The position numbers were made by a program, and so were the translations under genes. The notes beneath the pieces are model-generated. The model searched no databases. It saw only the letters and a program-made list of their open reading frames with translations, and was not told the origin of the DNA. This document shows, one piece after another, positions 21,292 through 32,397 of a DNA stretch of 64,000 nt (position 1 is its first letter; each line of letters begins with the position of its first letter). The stretch covers positions 670,812 to 734,811 of the forward strand of contig OZ006973.1 of the NCBI GenBank assembly GCA_963931085.1, read 5' to 3'. This DNA is from an uncultured Clostridia bacterium (GTDB lineage Bacteria; Bacillota; Clostridia; TANB77; CAG-508).

Positions 21292-22762
21292 ATGATTAAA
21301 TCAAAAATAAATTCACTTTTAACAATAGAATATATGTGCAATGAAAGAGAAAATCAATTTTTCGAAAGGAAAAGTGCTAAAAAAGATATAAGAGAATTAG
21401 CTAATAATATAGCAGGATTTGCTAATGCTAGTGGAGGTACTTTAGTTATAGGAATTTCAGATGACGGAAAATTAGAAGGATTTGAAGAATTTCCAGAAAA
21501 GTATAATAAATTTTTAAAGATAACATCGGGAGACTATTTAAAAACTATTCCAAAATATGAAAATGAAATTTTAAATATAATTAATTATAAAGGAAATAAA
21601 GACAAATTATTATTAATTCATATTAGTCCGAGTATAAATACTTTAATAAGAAATGTAAAAGATGAAGTGTATTTAAGGCAAGGAGATTCTACAAATAAAT
21701 TATCTTCAGAACAAGTTAAAATAATTGAATCAGATAGACATGAAATATCATATGAAGAACAATTAAATGTTAGATCAAGTGTAGAGGATATAGATATACA
21801 GATGGTAGAAACATATAAAAAAGCAATAGGCGCTGATGAACAAGATTTGTTAGATATCTTACGTGCTAGAAGATTCTTAATAAAAGATGATATAACCAAA
21901 AAAGAATACCTTACAAATGCAGGAACATTACTGTTTGCTAAAGATCCATCACTCTTTTTTCCTACAGCCAGAATTAGAATAATAAAGTTTGAAGGAAAAG
22001 AAATGCAGACTGGAGCGGATTTAAATATTGTAAAAGATAAAACATTTGCAATGCCATTATATAAACAAATTAAAGAGTCTCAAAAATTCGTTGACACTCA
22101 ACTTAGGGAATTTACACATTTAAGCAATAATGGAGAATTTATAACAGTACCAGAATATCCTAAATTTGCATGGGAAGAGCGGAATTACTAATGCTATAAC
22201 TCATAGAAATTACTCGATTAGTGGCGAGCATACAAAAATATTTATTTATGATGATAGAATGGAAATTATGAGTCCAGGAGATTTGCCTGGGATTGTTACG
22301 ATAAATAATATTAAAGAAAAACGTTATGCCAGAAATCCCATAATATCACGAACTTTAACAGAACTTGGAGTTGTAAAAGAATTAAATGAAGGTGTTTTAA
22401 GAATATATAGAGAAATGAGTGAATTCTTTCTTGAAAATCCAATTTATATAGAAGAAAAAGGAATTTCTTTGAAATTGATATTAAAAAACAATATAGTAAT
22501 GAGAAATAGAAGAAAGAATGAATCGCTATTAAAAAATAAAAAAATAAACTTAGTATGGAATAATTTAAATTCAATGGAAAAAAAGGTATTGCAAATTATA
22601 TTTGATAAAGGAGATGTAACTCCTATTCAAATAGGTGAAATAATAAATAAAGATAAAAGAACAGTTCAAAGAGTTCTAAAGAAATTAGGTGATAATAATT
22701 TAATAGAATGGTTTGGAACATCAATTAAAGATCCTAAAAAAATTTATAGAATTAAAAATTAA
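21292..22762 (+). pseudogene. AlbA_2 (Schlafen-like DNA-binding) plus HATPase-like 'putative transcriptional regulator/RecG-like' gene, split by a frameshift at about 22166-22191
   Basis: Two overlapping ORFs in different frames (21292..22191 and 22166..22762). Together they match the family: an FERKSAKKDIRELANNIAGFANASGGTLVIG domain and an NAITHRNYS motif. Confidence 0.55.
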
Positions 22763-22769
22763 TTTCTTC

Positions 22770-23089
22770 TGTCGCACATTTGTCGCATCTTTGTCGCATC
22801 TTTGTCGCACTTCTGTCGTATCTCTGTCGCACCTTTGTCGCACTTCTGTCGTATCTCTGTCGCACCTTTGTCGCACTTCTGTCGTATCTCTGTCGCACCT
22901 TTGTCGCACTTCTGTCGTATCTCTATCGTACCTTTGTCGCACTTCTGTCGTATCTCTGTCGCACCTTTGTCGCACTTCTGTCGCATCTTTGTCGCATCTT
23001 TGTCGCACTTCTGTCGTATCTCTGTCGCACCTTTGTCGTACCTTTTATCGTACCTTTGTCGCACCTTTGTCGTACTTTTGTCGCACCGT
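22770..23089. repeat. tandem array of about 29 x 11-bp units TGTCGCAYYTY with a 33-bp higher-order period
   Basis: Direct reading. The units stay in register (one 12-mer) from 22770 to 23089. Confidence 0.95.
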
Positions 23090-23399
23090 TAATGTAATTC
23101 GATTAAAGTCATTTCTACTAATCAAATTTATAAGAAAGAATATTAAAAAAGATATAATCAATAAAAATTAAAGTAATTGTCGGAAAGAAAATAGTATTAT
23201 CCTACAATTAGTTTAAAATATTATTTTTGAGAATAATTATGAGTTATACATATAATTAATATCAAACTCTAAAGAAATTAGCGATATTATTTACTTTAAA
23301 AATTTACAAAAATTAAAAAAATACTACACAAGAAAGTAAATATGTGTTAAAATAATATGCGAAGTTTTTAAAAAATAAAAAATAAAGGAGGAATTATCA

Positions 23400-24128
23400 A
23401 TGTCAGGACATAGCAAATGGCATAATATTGCAGCAAAAAAAGGTAAAGCAGATGCTGCAAGAGGAAAAGTATTTACAAAACTAGGAAGAGAATTATTAAT
23501 AGCAGTAAAGCAAGGTGGACCTGACCCGGCTGGTAATTCAAAATTAAAAGATGTTATTGCAAAATGCAAGGCAGCTAATATGCCAAATGATACAATAAAT
23601 AATGCAATAAAAAAAGCATCAGGAGCTGGAGAATCAGCAAACTATGAAGAAATAACATATGAAGGTTATGGAGTAAATGGAGTTGCTGTTATAGTAAATG
23701 CGTCAACAGACAATAGAAATAGAACAGCTGCAGATATAAGACATGTATTTGATAAAGCTGGAGGAAACTTGGGTACAACAGGATGTGTATCATACATGTT
23801 TGAAAAGAAAGGTGTTATTGTAATTGAAAAATCAAGCACAGATTTATCTGAAGAAGATTTAATGATGCTTGCAATAGAAGCTGGAGCAGAAGATTTTGAG
23901 TCATCAGATGAATATTATGAAATAACAACTGCACCAGAAAACTTTTCAAGTGTAAGAGAAGAACTTGAAAAAAACAATTTAACATTTGTTGAAGCAGAAG
24001 TGCAAATGGTACCAAATACATATGTTAAATTAGATGAAAAAGATTCAGAAAGAATGGAAAACTTCTTAGAGAAACTTGAAGACTTAGATGATGTGTCTAA
24101 TGTTTATCATAACTGGGAAGAAGAATAA
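23400..24128 (+). CDS. yebC: YebC/PmpR-family DNA-binding regulatory protein
   Basis: [10 protein letters not shown]...[11 protein letters not shown]-terminus diagnostic of the family. Confidence 0.9.
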   Translation: MSGHSKWHNIAAKKGKADAARGKVFTKLGRELLIAVKQGGPDPAGNSKLKDVIAKCKAANMPNDTINNAIKKASGAGESANYEEITYEGYGVNGVAVIVNASTDNRNRTAADIRHVFDKAGGNLGTTGCVSYMFEKKGVIVIEKSSTDLSEEDLMMLAIEAGAEDFESSDEYYEITTAPENFSSVREELEKNNLTFVEAEVQMVPNTYVKLDEKDSERMENFLEKLEDLDDVSNVYHNWEEE

Positions 24129-24172
24129 TATTAGGAAGGTATAGCTTAAAAACTAAATAGGTAAATAACAAG

Positions 24173-25177
24173 ATGAATATATTAGTTACTGGTGGACTTG
24201 GATACATTGGTTCACATACATGTGTAGAATTACTAAATAAAGAGTATGATGTAATAATTGTTGACGATTTAAGTAACAGTAAAGAAGAAGTTTTAGATAG
24301 GATAGAAAAACTTACAGATAAAAGACCAAAATTATATAAATATGATTTAAAAGAAATTGAAAAAGTAGAAGAAATATTTAAAGAAAATAAAATAGATGCA
24401 GTAATCCACTTTGCTGGATTTAAAGCAGTTGGAGAATCTGTAAAAAAACCAATTAAATATTATTGTAATAATTTAAAGACGACATTAAATTTATTAGAAG
24501 TTATGAATAAATATAATGTTAAAAAATTAGTATTTAGTTCATCTGCTACTATATATGGTGATCCAGGTGTTCATGAATATAAAGAAGAAATGGGAAGAGG
24601 AAAAACATCTAATCCATATGGAACTACTAAATCAATGATTGAAAAAATATTAGAAGATGTATATGCATCTGATAATTCATGGGCAATTAGTATCTTAAGA
24701 TATTTTAATCCAATAGGAGCTCATGAGAGTGGACTTTTAGGTGAAGAACCAAATGGTATTCCAAATAATTTAATGCCATATATTATGAAAGTTGCTGCAG
24801 GAAAAATAGATGTATTAAGTATATATGGAAATGACTATCCAACGAAAGATGGTACTGGTGTAAGAGACTATATACATGTTGTAGATCTTGCAGAAGGACA
24901 TGTAAAAGCTTTAGAGAAAATTGAAAAAGATGGATCAGGTAAATATATATATAATCTTGGTACAGGTACAGGATATTCTGTAATGGATATAGTAAATACT
25001 TTTGAAAAAGTAAATAATTTAAAATTAAAATATGTTATTGCTCCAAGAAGACCAGGAGATTTAGCAGAATATTATGCAGATCCAACTAAAGCAAAAGAAG
25101 AGCTTGGATGGGTTGCAAAAAGAGGATTAGAACAGATGTGCAAAGATTCTTGGAATTTTATGAAAAATAATATGTAG
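24173..25177 (+). CDS. galE: UDP-glucose 4-epimerase
   Basis: GGLGYIGSH NAD-binding motif, a YxxxK motif (YGTTK) and a length of 334 aa. Confidence 0.9.
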   Translation: MNILVTGGLGYIGSHTCVELLNKEYDVIIVDDLSNSKEEVLDRIEKLTDKRPKLYKYDLKEIEKVEEIFKENKIDAVIHFAGFKAVGESVKKPIKYYCNNLKTTLNLLEVMNKYNVKKLVFSSSATIYGDPGVHEYKEEMGRGKTSNPYGTTKSMIEKILEDVYASDNSWAISILRYFNPIGAHESGLLGEEPNGIPNNLMPYIMKVAAGKIDVLSIYGNDYPTKDGTGVRDYIHVVDLAEGHVKALEKIEKDGSGKYIYNLGTGTGYSVMDIVNTFEKVNNLKLKYVIAPRRPGDLAEYYADPTKAKEELGWVAKRGLEQMCKDSWNFMKNNM

Positions 25178-25185
25178 GTAATAAA

Positions 25186-25761
25186 ATGCAAAAGAGAATT
25201 ATTTTAGGAATTTTAATAATTATATGGATGATTACTATATTTTTATTTTCTAACCAAGATGGTATGGAATCAGAAAACACAAGTGATATTATTACAAATA
25301 GATTAGTTAATGAAACTATAGAAAATAATATAGAAATAGAAGAAAATGTAGATAATACAAATAATGAAAATATTAATAATTCAGTAAATGTAGCTAAATA
25401 TAATTATGAATTTGAAATGTATAAAGGAGAAGTTAGATTAGTAGTTAGAAAATCTGCTCATTTTATAATATATTTAGTAGGTGGTTTTTTATTATTTAAC
25501 TTTTTTAGAACATATAATATTAGTTTAAGAAATCAAATAATATATGCGATTTTAGGAATTATCTTATATGCTTCATCCGATGAATTTCATCAATTATTTG
25601 TAAATGGTAGAACAGCTAGAGTAGAAGATGTGTTATTAGATACTTTAGGTGCGATAGTTGGTATTCTTCTAAATCTTATTTGTTTAAAAATTGTGTACAA
25701 GATAAAAAACAAAAAAGATAAATCTATAGAAAATAAAAGTAATTTAAGTAGAGAAAATTAA
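25186..25761 (+). CDS. VanZ-like family membrane protein
   Basis: TM topology and a conserved Arg/His-containing helix (VRKSAHFIIY). Confidence 0.6.
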   Translation: MQKRIILGILIIIWMITIFLFSNQDGMESENTSDIITNRLVNETIENNIEIEENVDNTNNENINNSVNVAKYNYEFEMYKGEVRLVVRKSAHFIIYLVGGFLLFNFFRTYNISLRNQIIYAILGIILYASSDEFHQLFVNGRTARVEDVLLDTLGAIVGILLNLICLKIVYKIKNKKDKSIENKSNLSREN

Positions 25762-25884
25762 AGACTTTGCTAAAAAATTTAAATAAAATTAATTAAACTT
25801 GCTTTCATATTTTTATGAGAGCAAGTTTTTTATGAGATTTGATTAAAAAAGTTAATAAAATGTGTAGAAAATTTGCGAAAAGTA

Positions 25885-25913
25885 ATGACTTTTGTGGAAA
25901 TTTGTGGTATAAT
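25885..25913 (+). promoter_or_regulatory. candidate promoter of the capsule operon (ATGACT -35; extended -10 TGGTATAAT)
   Basis: TGnTATAAT at 25905-25913 lies about 75 nt upstream of the first cps gene, after the vanZ terminator hairpin (25795-25832). Confidence 0.45.
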
Positions 25914-25987
25914 ATTTCCAGTTTTGCTCGAAAAAATTTAAGCACGAAATAAATATATAATATAAAGGATGTAAATTAGGAGGAAAA

Positions 25988-27688
25988 ATGGAAGAGCTAG
26001 ATTTAAAAGAGATTTTAAGCATGTTCTGGGAAAAGAAAATTTTAATTATAATCATTACAGTTTTATGTATGATTATAGGAGGGGTATATTCATACTTTAT
26101 TATGGTACCAGAATATACTGCAACAACAACTATAGTTTTAACAAAAACAGATGAGAAAACAAATGCAGAAACAGGAGAGACAACAGAGTCAATTACTCAA
26201 ACTGATGTAATGTTAAACCAAAACTTAGTTGCAACTTATAGTGTGATTATTAAAAGTAATAATATTCTAAGAGAAGTTATTAGTAATCTAGAAAATTTAA
26301 AATTATCAGAAAATAGCTTAAGAGATAGTATTGAAGTTACAGCAAAAGAAGATACAGAAGTAATTGAAATTAATGTTACAGATATAAATGCTAAAAACGC
26401 AACATTAATAGCAAATGAAATATCAGAAGTATTTTCAAGAAAAGTATCAGAAATTTATAAGATAAACAATGTTTATGTATTAGATAAAGCAGAAGTGCCA
26501 ACTGCACCATCTAATATAAATCATATTAGATTTATATTAATATCTGCAGCAGTAGGTATAATAATTTCTTGTGGATATGTTGTAATTAGAAATTTATTTG
26601 ATAACTCAATAAAGAAAAAAGAAGATATAGAAAATGCATTAGATATGCCAGTACTAGTTTCTTTAGATAAAAGTGAAGGAGAACAAAAAGTAGTAATTAG
26701 TGATAAAGAGTCTAAATCAATTTTAGCAGAATCAGTTAGAACTTTAAGAACAAATCTTCAATTTATGGGTAAAAGTAAAAAGACTCAAACAATACTAGTA
26801 ACAAGTACTACTTCAGGAGAAGGAAAAAGCTGGGTATCATCTAATTTAGCCGCAGCATATGCTCAAACAGGAAAAAGAACAATATTAGTAGACTCTGATA
26901 TGAGAAAAGGATCTATTAATACAATATTTGATCTTCCACAAACTCCAGGACTTTCAAATTACTTATCAGGAGTAAATATTAGTGAAAATGGACTTGCTGA
27001 AGTTCTTCAAAAAACAGAAATAGAAAACCTATATGTAATTACAGCAGGAGATATACCACCAAATCCATCAGAGCTTATACTTTCAGATCAAATGCTTAAA
27101 TTATTTGAAGATTTAGAAACATTTGCAGATGTAATTATATTTGATGGTACACCATCACTTATAGTTACTGATTCTACTATACTATCTAGACTTGTTGATT
27201 CAACAGTCCTTGTAGCAGAATATAATAAGACTAAAAAGAATGATTTAAAACAAATAAAAGAAAGTATAACTAAAGTTGGCGGAAAAATCGCTGGTGTAGT
27301 ATTAAATAAAATCCCTGTAAAAAATAAAAAAGGATATGGATATGGGTATGCTTATGGATACGCATATGGTTATATAAATAATGACGAAGCTAGAAATATT
27401 CATGAAAAAGCAATTACTAAAAAAAAGTCTAGTAAAGTAAAAGAAGCTATAATTTCTTTTTTAAAATTAATAGGAGCTTTCTTTTATAAAATAATAAATG
27501 CTATATATAAATTTTTTAAAGCTATAATTGTTATGATTTATAGATTAATAAAAATATCATGTATATTTATTAAAAACTTATTTAAAAAAGCATATAAGAA
27601 ACCAAAACAATTTTTTAATGGATTAAGTAACAAAATGGAAGTGTATATAAGAAATAATGAAAAGAAAGCTACAAAATATAATAAGTAG
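25988..27688 (+). CDS. fused chain-length determinant (Wzz/CpsC) and BY-tyrosine kinase (CpsD/Wzc-like), with an internal Tyr cluster and a C-terminal amphipathic extension
   Basis: N-terminal TM with Wzz region, Walker A (TSGEGKS), a Walker A'/B DxD, a tyrosine cluster GYGYGYAYGYAYGY, then about 110 further residues. Confidence 0.85.
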   Translation: MEELDLKEILSMFWEKKILIIIITVLCMIIGGVYSYFIMVPEYTATTTIVLTKTDEKTNAETGETTESITQTDVMLNQNLVATYSVIIKSNNILREVISNLENLKLSENSLRDSIEVTAKEDTEVIEINVTDINAKNATLIANEISEVFSRKVSEIYKINNVYVLDKAEVPTAPSNINHIRFILISAAVGIIISCGYVVIRNLFDNSIKKKEDIENALDMPVLVSLDKSEGEQKVVISDKESKSILAESVRTLRTNLQFMGKSKKTQTILVTSTTSGEGKSWVSSNLAAAYAQTGKRTILVDSDMRKGSINTIFDLPQTPGLSNYLSGVNISENGLAEVLQKTEIENLYVITAGDIPPNPSELILSDQMLKLFEDLETFADVIIFDGTPSLIVTDSTILSRLVDSTVLVAEYNKTKKNDLKQIKESITKVGGKIAGVVLNKIPVKNKKGYGYGYAYGYAYGYINNDEARNIHEKAITKKKSSKVKEAIISFLKLIGAFFYKIINAIYKFFKAIIVMIYRLIKISCIFIKNLFKKAYKKPKQFFNGLSNKMEVYIRNNEKKATKYNK

Positions 27689-27697
27689 GAGTTAGAA

Positions 27698-28453
27698 ATG
27701 ATAGACTTTCATGCACATATATTACCAGATACTGATGATGGAGCAGTAGATATTATTCAAACAAGAAAAATGCTTGAAGAAGCAAGAATGGCTGGATTTA
27801 CAGATATTATTGCTACATCACATTATAAAAAAGAAGTATTTGAATTAAATGAAATATCAAGACAAAATAGAATAAACATTATAGAAAAAATAGATAACAA
27901 AGTAAAATTACATATAGGAAGTGAAATATATATCACAAAAGATTTAGTAAATCTTCTAAAAGATAAAAAAGCTTCTAGTATTAATAATACAAGATATGTT
28001 TTGTTTGAACTTCCTTTTAGAGATAATTTACTTATATTTAATAGTGTAATAGATGATTTAAAAAGAAATAAATTAGTTCCTATACTTGCACATCCAGAAA
28101 GATATGAGATTGTTAAAAATAACCCTAAAATCGTAGAAGACTGGATAAAAAGAGGAATATATATGCAAGCAAATTATCTAAGTATATTAGATAAATATGG
28201 AAAAGATGCAAGAAAAACATTAGAAATATTATTAAAACATAATCTTATCCATTTTTTAGGATCAGATGCACATAGACCAGATAATACTTATCCTAAAATA
28301 GCAGAAGCAACAGAAAAAATTAAAAAAATAATTGGAGAAGATAATTTTTATAAATTATCAGAAGAAAACCCAAGAAAAGTGTTAAATAATGAAAAAATTG
28401 AATTTTTAAAGACAACAGAAATAAAACAATCAATTTTTAACAAATTTAAGTAA
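27698..28453 (+). CDS. PHP-family protein-tyrosine phosphatase (CpsB/YwqE type)
   Basis: MIDFHAHILPDTDDGA N-terminus. Confidence 0.85.
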   Translation: MIDFHAHILPDTDDGAVDIIQTRKMLEEARMAGFTDIIATSHYKKEVFELNEISRQNRINIIEKIDNKVKLHIGSEIYITKDLVNLLKDKKASSINNTRYVLFELPFRDNLLIFNSVIDDLKRNKLVPILAHPERYEIVKNNPKIVEDWIKRGIYMQANYLSILDKYGKDARKTLEILLKHNLIHFLGSDAHRPDNTYPKIAEATEKIKKIIGEDNFYKLSEENPRKVLNNEKIEFLKTTEIKQSIFNKFK

Positions 28454-28494
28454 AATTATTTATCAAAAAAAGGAAAAAAATATCAAAAAATACC

Positions 28495-29307
28495 TTGTAC
28501 CAAAAATGTGGTTGTGATAAACTAAAAAAAGAGTTTTTTCAAAAAAGAAATTTACAAAATATAGGGGATGTAAATAATATGAAAGCTATTGAGATGGAGG
28601 CTGAAAATCAGCAGAATGAAACACTTTATTTAGAAAATGTATCAAAATTTAGAAGTTTTAAATATCACGCTAGAAAAAAATTATGGAATATGTTTTATGA
28701 AGGATCTAAAAGATTATTTGATATATGTTGCGGTATTGCAGGATGTATATGTTTGGTTCCTATATTAATAATTGTAAAATTAGCATATTTAAAAAATCAT
28801 GATACAGCTCCAATACTTTTTAAACAAGAAAGAATTGGAAAAGATGGTGAAAAGATTTACATATATAAAATTCGCTCTATGGTAGACCATGCAGAAGATG
28901 TCTTAGAAGAACTTATGAGAAGTGATCCTAAGATAAGAGAAGAATATTTAACTAATAAGAAATTAGAAAATGATCCACGTGTTACTAAAATAGGAAGATT
29001 TATAAGAAGGACAAGCCTTGACGAATTTGGACAATTTATAAATGTATTAAAAGGTGAAATGACAATGATTGGTCCTCGTCCTTATCTTCCAAGAGAAAAA
29101 GAAGATATGAAAAGATATTATAGAGATATTATTACTTGTAAGCCAGGCATTACAGGACTTTGGCAAGCAAGTGGTAGAAGTAATGTAAACTTTGAAAATA
29201 GATGTAGATTAGATAGCTTCTACAGTAAGCATAAATGTTTAATATTTGATATGAAAATATTTACTAAAACATTTTCAGCTGTACTAAATAGTGAAGGAGC
29301 AAAATAG
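28495..29307 (+). CDS. undecaprenyl-phosphate sugar phosphotransferase (bacterial sugar transferase family; priming enzyme)
   Basis: C-terminal catalytic domain (MTMIGPRPYLPRE, ITGLWQ). The true start is probably the downstream Met, around 28579. Confidence 0.85.
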   Translation: MYQKCGCDKLKKEFFQKRNLQNIGDVNNMKAIEMEAENQQNETLYLENVSKFRSFKYHARKKLWNMFYEGSKRLFDICCGIAGCICLVPILIIVKLAYLKNHDTAPILFKQERIGKDGEKIYIYKIRSMVDHAEDVLEELMRSDPKIREEYLTNKKLENDPRVTKIGRFIRRTSLDEFGQFINVLKGEMTMIGPRPYLPREKEDMKRYYRDIITCKPGITGLWQASGRSNVNFENRCRLDSFYSKHKCLIFDMKIFTKTFSAVLNSEGAK

Positions 29308-29310
29308 AAA

Positions 29311-30537
29311 ATGAAAATATTAATGGTTAATAAATTTCATTATCTAAAAGGTGGTAGTGAAAAATATTATTTTGAATTAGCTGAACTTTTAAAAGAAAAT
29401 GGCCATGAAGTGGCTTTTTTTTCTATGAAGGATGAAAAAAATATAAAAACAGATTGTAAGGAATATTTTGTAGAACCTATAGACTTAAATACAGGAAGCA
29501 AGTTAAAAGCTTTAGATGTAATATATTCAAAAGAAAATAAAAAGAAAATGGAAGAAGCTTTGGATGAATTTAAGCCAGATATAGTTCACTTAAATAATTT
29601 TCAAAGACAATTATCTGCTTCAATTATAGATCCCATAAAAAGAAGAAATATTCCTATTGTATTTACTGCTCATGATTTAGAATCTATTTGCCCTAATAAA
29701 ACTATGTTAGACTCAAAATTTGAAAATTGTACTAAATGTATTAAAGGAAATTATATAAATTGCATAAAAAATAATTGCATAAAGACCTCAAAATTAAAAA
29801 GTATTTTGGGAGCAATAGAAGCAAAATATTATAGGAATAAAAAAATATATACAAAAGAAATAGATTATATTATTACACCAAGTAATTTCTATAAAGAGAA
29901 AATGATAGAAGATGGAATACCAGAAAATAAAATAAAAGCACTACATAATTTTGTTGAACTTAAAGATTATGATTTAGAAACATCTGATGAAGGATATGCA
30001 TTATATTTTGGAAGACTTTCAAAGGAAAAAGGAATCTTAAATTTAATAAATGCTTTTACTAAATTAAAAGAGGGTAAATTATATATTGCAGGAGAAGGTC
30101 CTGAAAAGGAGACTATTGAAAATATAATTAAAGAAAACAAATTAGAAGACAGAGTAAGACTTTTAGGATTTTTAAATTCAGATCAAATGAAAGAGACTAT
30201 TAGAAAATGTAAATTTGTTGTTTTACCTTCTATTTGGTATGATAACTGTCCATATTCTGTAATGGAAACTTTAGCGATAGGAAAACCTGTAATAGGTGCA
30301 AATATTGGTGGAATACCAGAGCTTGTGATTAATAATAGAAGTGGATTCATATATAAATATGATAATATAGAAGAACTTTCAAAAAAAATGAAAGAATTAT
30401 TTGAAAATAATGAATTAGTCAGAGAATATAGTAAAAACGCTAAAGAACAAGCAAAAAATAATTATTCTAAAGAAATATATTATAATGAAATAATAAAAAT
30501 ATATAAGTATGTTTTAAAAGGAGAAAAAAATGTTTAA
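29311..30537 (+). CDS. glycosyltransferase family 4 (group 1)
   Basis: GT-B C-terminal motif ([21 protein letters not shown]). Confidence 0.85.
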   Translation: MKILMVNKFHYLKGGSEKYYFELAELLKENGHEVAFFSMKDEKNIKTDCKEYFVEPIDLNTGSKLKALDVIYSKENKKKMEEALDEFKPDIVHLNNFQRQLSASIIDPIKRRNIPIVFTAHDLESICPNKTMLDSKFENCTKCIKGNYINCIKNNCIKTSKLKSILGAIEAKYYRNKKIYTKEIDYIITPSNFYKEKMIEDGIPENKIKALHNFVELKDYDLETSDEGYALYFGRLSKEKGILNLINAFTKLKEGKLYIAGEGPEKETIENIIKENKLEDRVRLLGFLNSDQMKETIRKCKFVVLPSIWYDNCPYSVMETLAIGKPVIGANIGGIPELVINNRSGFIYKYDNIEELSKKMKELFENNELVREYSKNAKEQAKNNYSKEIYYNEIIKIYKYVLKGEKNV

Positions 30538-31228
30538 TAAATTATTAAGCAAGCTAATAAGTAAAATAAAAAAAGAACCTTATAAAGTTGATGAAGCTTT
30601 AACGTTAGGAACTATAATTGTACTAGTATGGGATAAAGGTTTTATGGTACTAAGAGGTTTGTTACATAAATTGCTATTTAAAAAATCAAATGGAATAGTT
30701 TTTATAGGAAAAAGAGTTAAGATAAGAAATCACAGAAAAATTAGATTAAATGGAAGTGCAACAATAGAAGATGGCTGTCATATAAATGCTTTATCTAAAG
30801 GTGGAATAACTATTGGTGGTAATTTTTCATTAGGAAGAAATAGTATTATTGAATGTACAGGAGTTATTAGAGAATTAGGTGAAGAACTTGTTATTGGTGA
30901 AAATGTTGGAATAGCAGCTAATGCTTTTATAGCAATGAGAGGTAAAGTTGAAATAGGAGATAATACTATATTTGGCCCGAATGTAAGTATACATGCTGAG
31001 AATCATAATTTTAATGATTTAGAAACACCTATAAGATTACAAGGTGCAACAAGAAAAGGCGTAAAAATAGGAAAAGATTGTTGGATAGGAAGTAAGGCAG
31101 TTATATTAGATGGAGTAAACATTGGAGATCATGTAATTGTTGCTGCAGGTGCAGTAGTTAATAAAGATGTACCAGATTATGCGATAGTTGGCGGAGTGCC
31201 TGCTAAAGTATTAAAAATGAGAAAATAA
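30530..31228 (+). CDS. left-handed beta-helix (hexapeptide) acetyltransferase
   Basis: Hexapeptide repeats ([26 protein letters not shown]). Confidence 0.8.
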   Translation: MFNKLLSKLISKIKKEPYKVDEALTLGTIIVLVWDKGFMVLRGLLHKLLFKKSNGIVFIGKRVKIRNHRKIRLNGSATIEDGCHINALSKGGITIGGNFSLGRNSIIECTGVIRELGEELVIGENVGIAANAFIAMRGKVEIGDNTIFGPNVSIHAENHNFNDLETPIRLQGATRKGVKIGKDCWIGSKAVILDGVNIGDHVIVAAGAVVNKDVPDYAIVGGVPAKVLKMRK

Positions 31229-31243
31229 TGAGGATTTAATAAT

Positions 31244-32374
31244 ATGAAAATAGCAATGATAGGACACAAGAGAATTCCTTCAAGAGAAGGTGGAGTTGAA
31301 GTTGTAGTAGAAGAACTTGCAACAAGACTTGTAAAAAAAGGACATTGTGTTGAAGTTTACAATAGAAAAGGGAAAAATGTACAAGATAAAAATGCTGATT
31401 TAGATAAGCAAAAATTAAAAGAATATAAAGGTGTAAGAATTATTACTATTCCTACTATAAATAAAAAAGGAATAGATGCATTATTATATTCGTTCTTTGC
31501 AAGCATTAGAGCATTATTTGGAAAGTATGATGTTATTCATTATCATGCTGAAGGAAGTTGTGCAATGCTTTGGATACCTCATTTATTTAAGAAAAGAATT
31601 GTTGTTACAATTCATGGATTAGACTGGCAAAGATCTAAGTGGGGTGGATTTGCAACAAAGTACATAAAATTTGGTGAAAAATGTGCTGCTAAATACGCAG
31701 ATGAAATAGTAGTACTTTCAAAAGGTGTACAAAAATATTTTAAAGATACATATGGTAGAGAAACAAACTTTATACCAAATGGAGTAGAAAAACCTATTAT
31801 AAAAGAAGCAAATATAATAAAAGAAAAATTTGGATTAGAAAAAGATAATTATATTTTATTTTTAGCAAGAATAGTTCCTGAAAAAGGACTACATTATTTA
31901 ATAGATGCTTTTAAGCAAATAAAAACTGATAAAAAATTAGTAATTGCTGGAGGAGCAAGTCATACAAATGATTATTTAGAAGAAATAAAGAAGAAAGCAT
32001 CAGAAGATGACAGAATAATAATGACTGGGTTTGTTCAAGGTGAAGAACTAGAAGAATTATTTAGTAATTGTTATTTGTATTGCTTGCCAAGTGATATAGA
32101 AGGTATGCCAATTAGTCTATTAGAAGCAATGAGCTATGGAAGAAATTGTTTAGTAAGTAATATAGAAGAAAATATGCAAGTTTGCGAAAATTATGCAATT
32201 TCATTTGAAAAAAGCAATAGCCAAGATTTAAAAGAAAAACTTGAAAATTGTTTAAATGGAAAGATACAAAGAAAAGATGCTACTGAGATATCTAATTATG
32301 TTTTAAATAAATATAACTGGGATGATGTGGTAGAAAAAACAGAAAAGTTATATAAAGAAAATTTAAATATATAA
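31244..32374 (+). CDS. glycosyltransferase family 4 (group 1)
   Basis: GT-B fold signature (EGMPISLLEAMSYG). Confidence 0.85.
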   Translation: MKIAMIGHKRIPSREGGVEVVVEELATRLVKKGHCVEVYNRKGKNVQDKNADLDKQKLKEYKGVRIITIPTINKKGIDALLYSFFASIRALFGKYDVIHYHAEGSCAMLWIPHLFKKRIVVTIHGLDWQRSKWGGFATKYIKFGEKCAAKYADEIVVLSKGVQKYFKDTYGRETNFIPNGVEKPIIKEANIIKEKFGLEKDNYILFLARIVPEKGLHYLIDAFKQIKTDKKLVIAGGASHTNDYLEEIKKKASEDDRIIMTGFVQGEELEELFSNCYLYCLPSDIEGMPISLLEAMSYGRNCLVSNIEENMQVCENYAISFEKSNSQDLKEKLENCLNGKIQRKDATEISNYVLNKYNWDDVVEKTEKLYKENLNI

Positions 32375-32397
32375 ATATTGAAAGGAAGAAAGAAGTC

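Noticed and set aside
22770-23089. Possible CRISPR array
   Set aside because: The units are contiguous 11-mers with no unique spacers, and no cas genes are nearby.
22713-23171. Several long ORFs on both strands across the 11-bp repeat array (CRTSVVSLSHL-type and RQRCDRDTTEV-type repeat peptides)
   Set aside because: They are a by-product of a repeat without stops in several frames. They have no ribosome-binding site and start inside the upstream gene in another frame. I call them non-coding.
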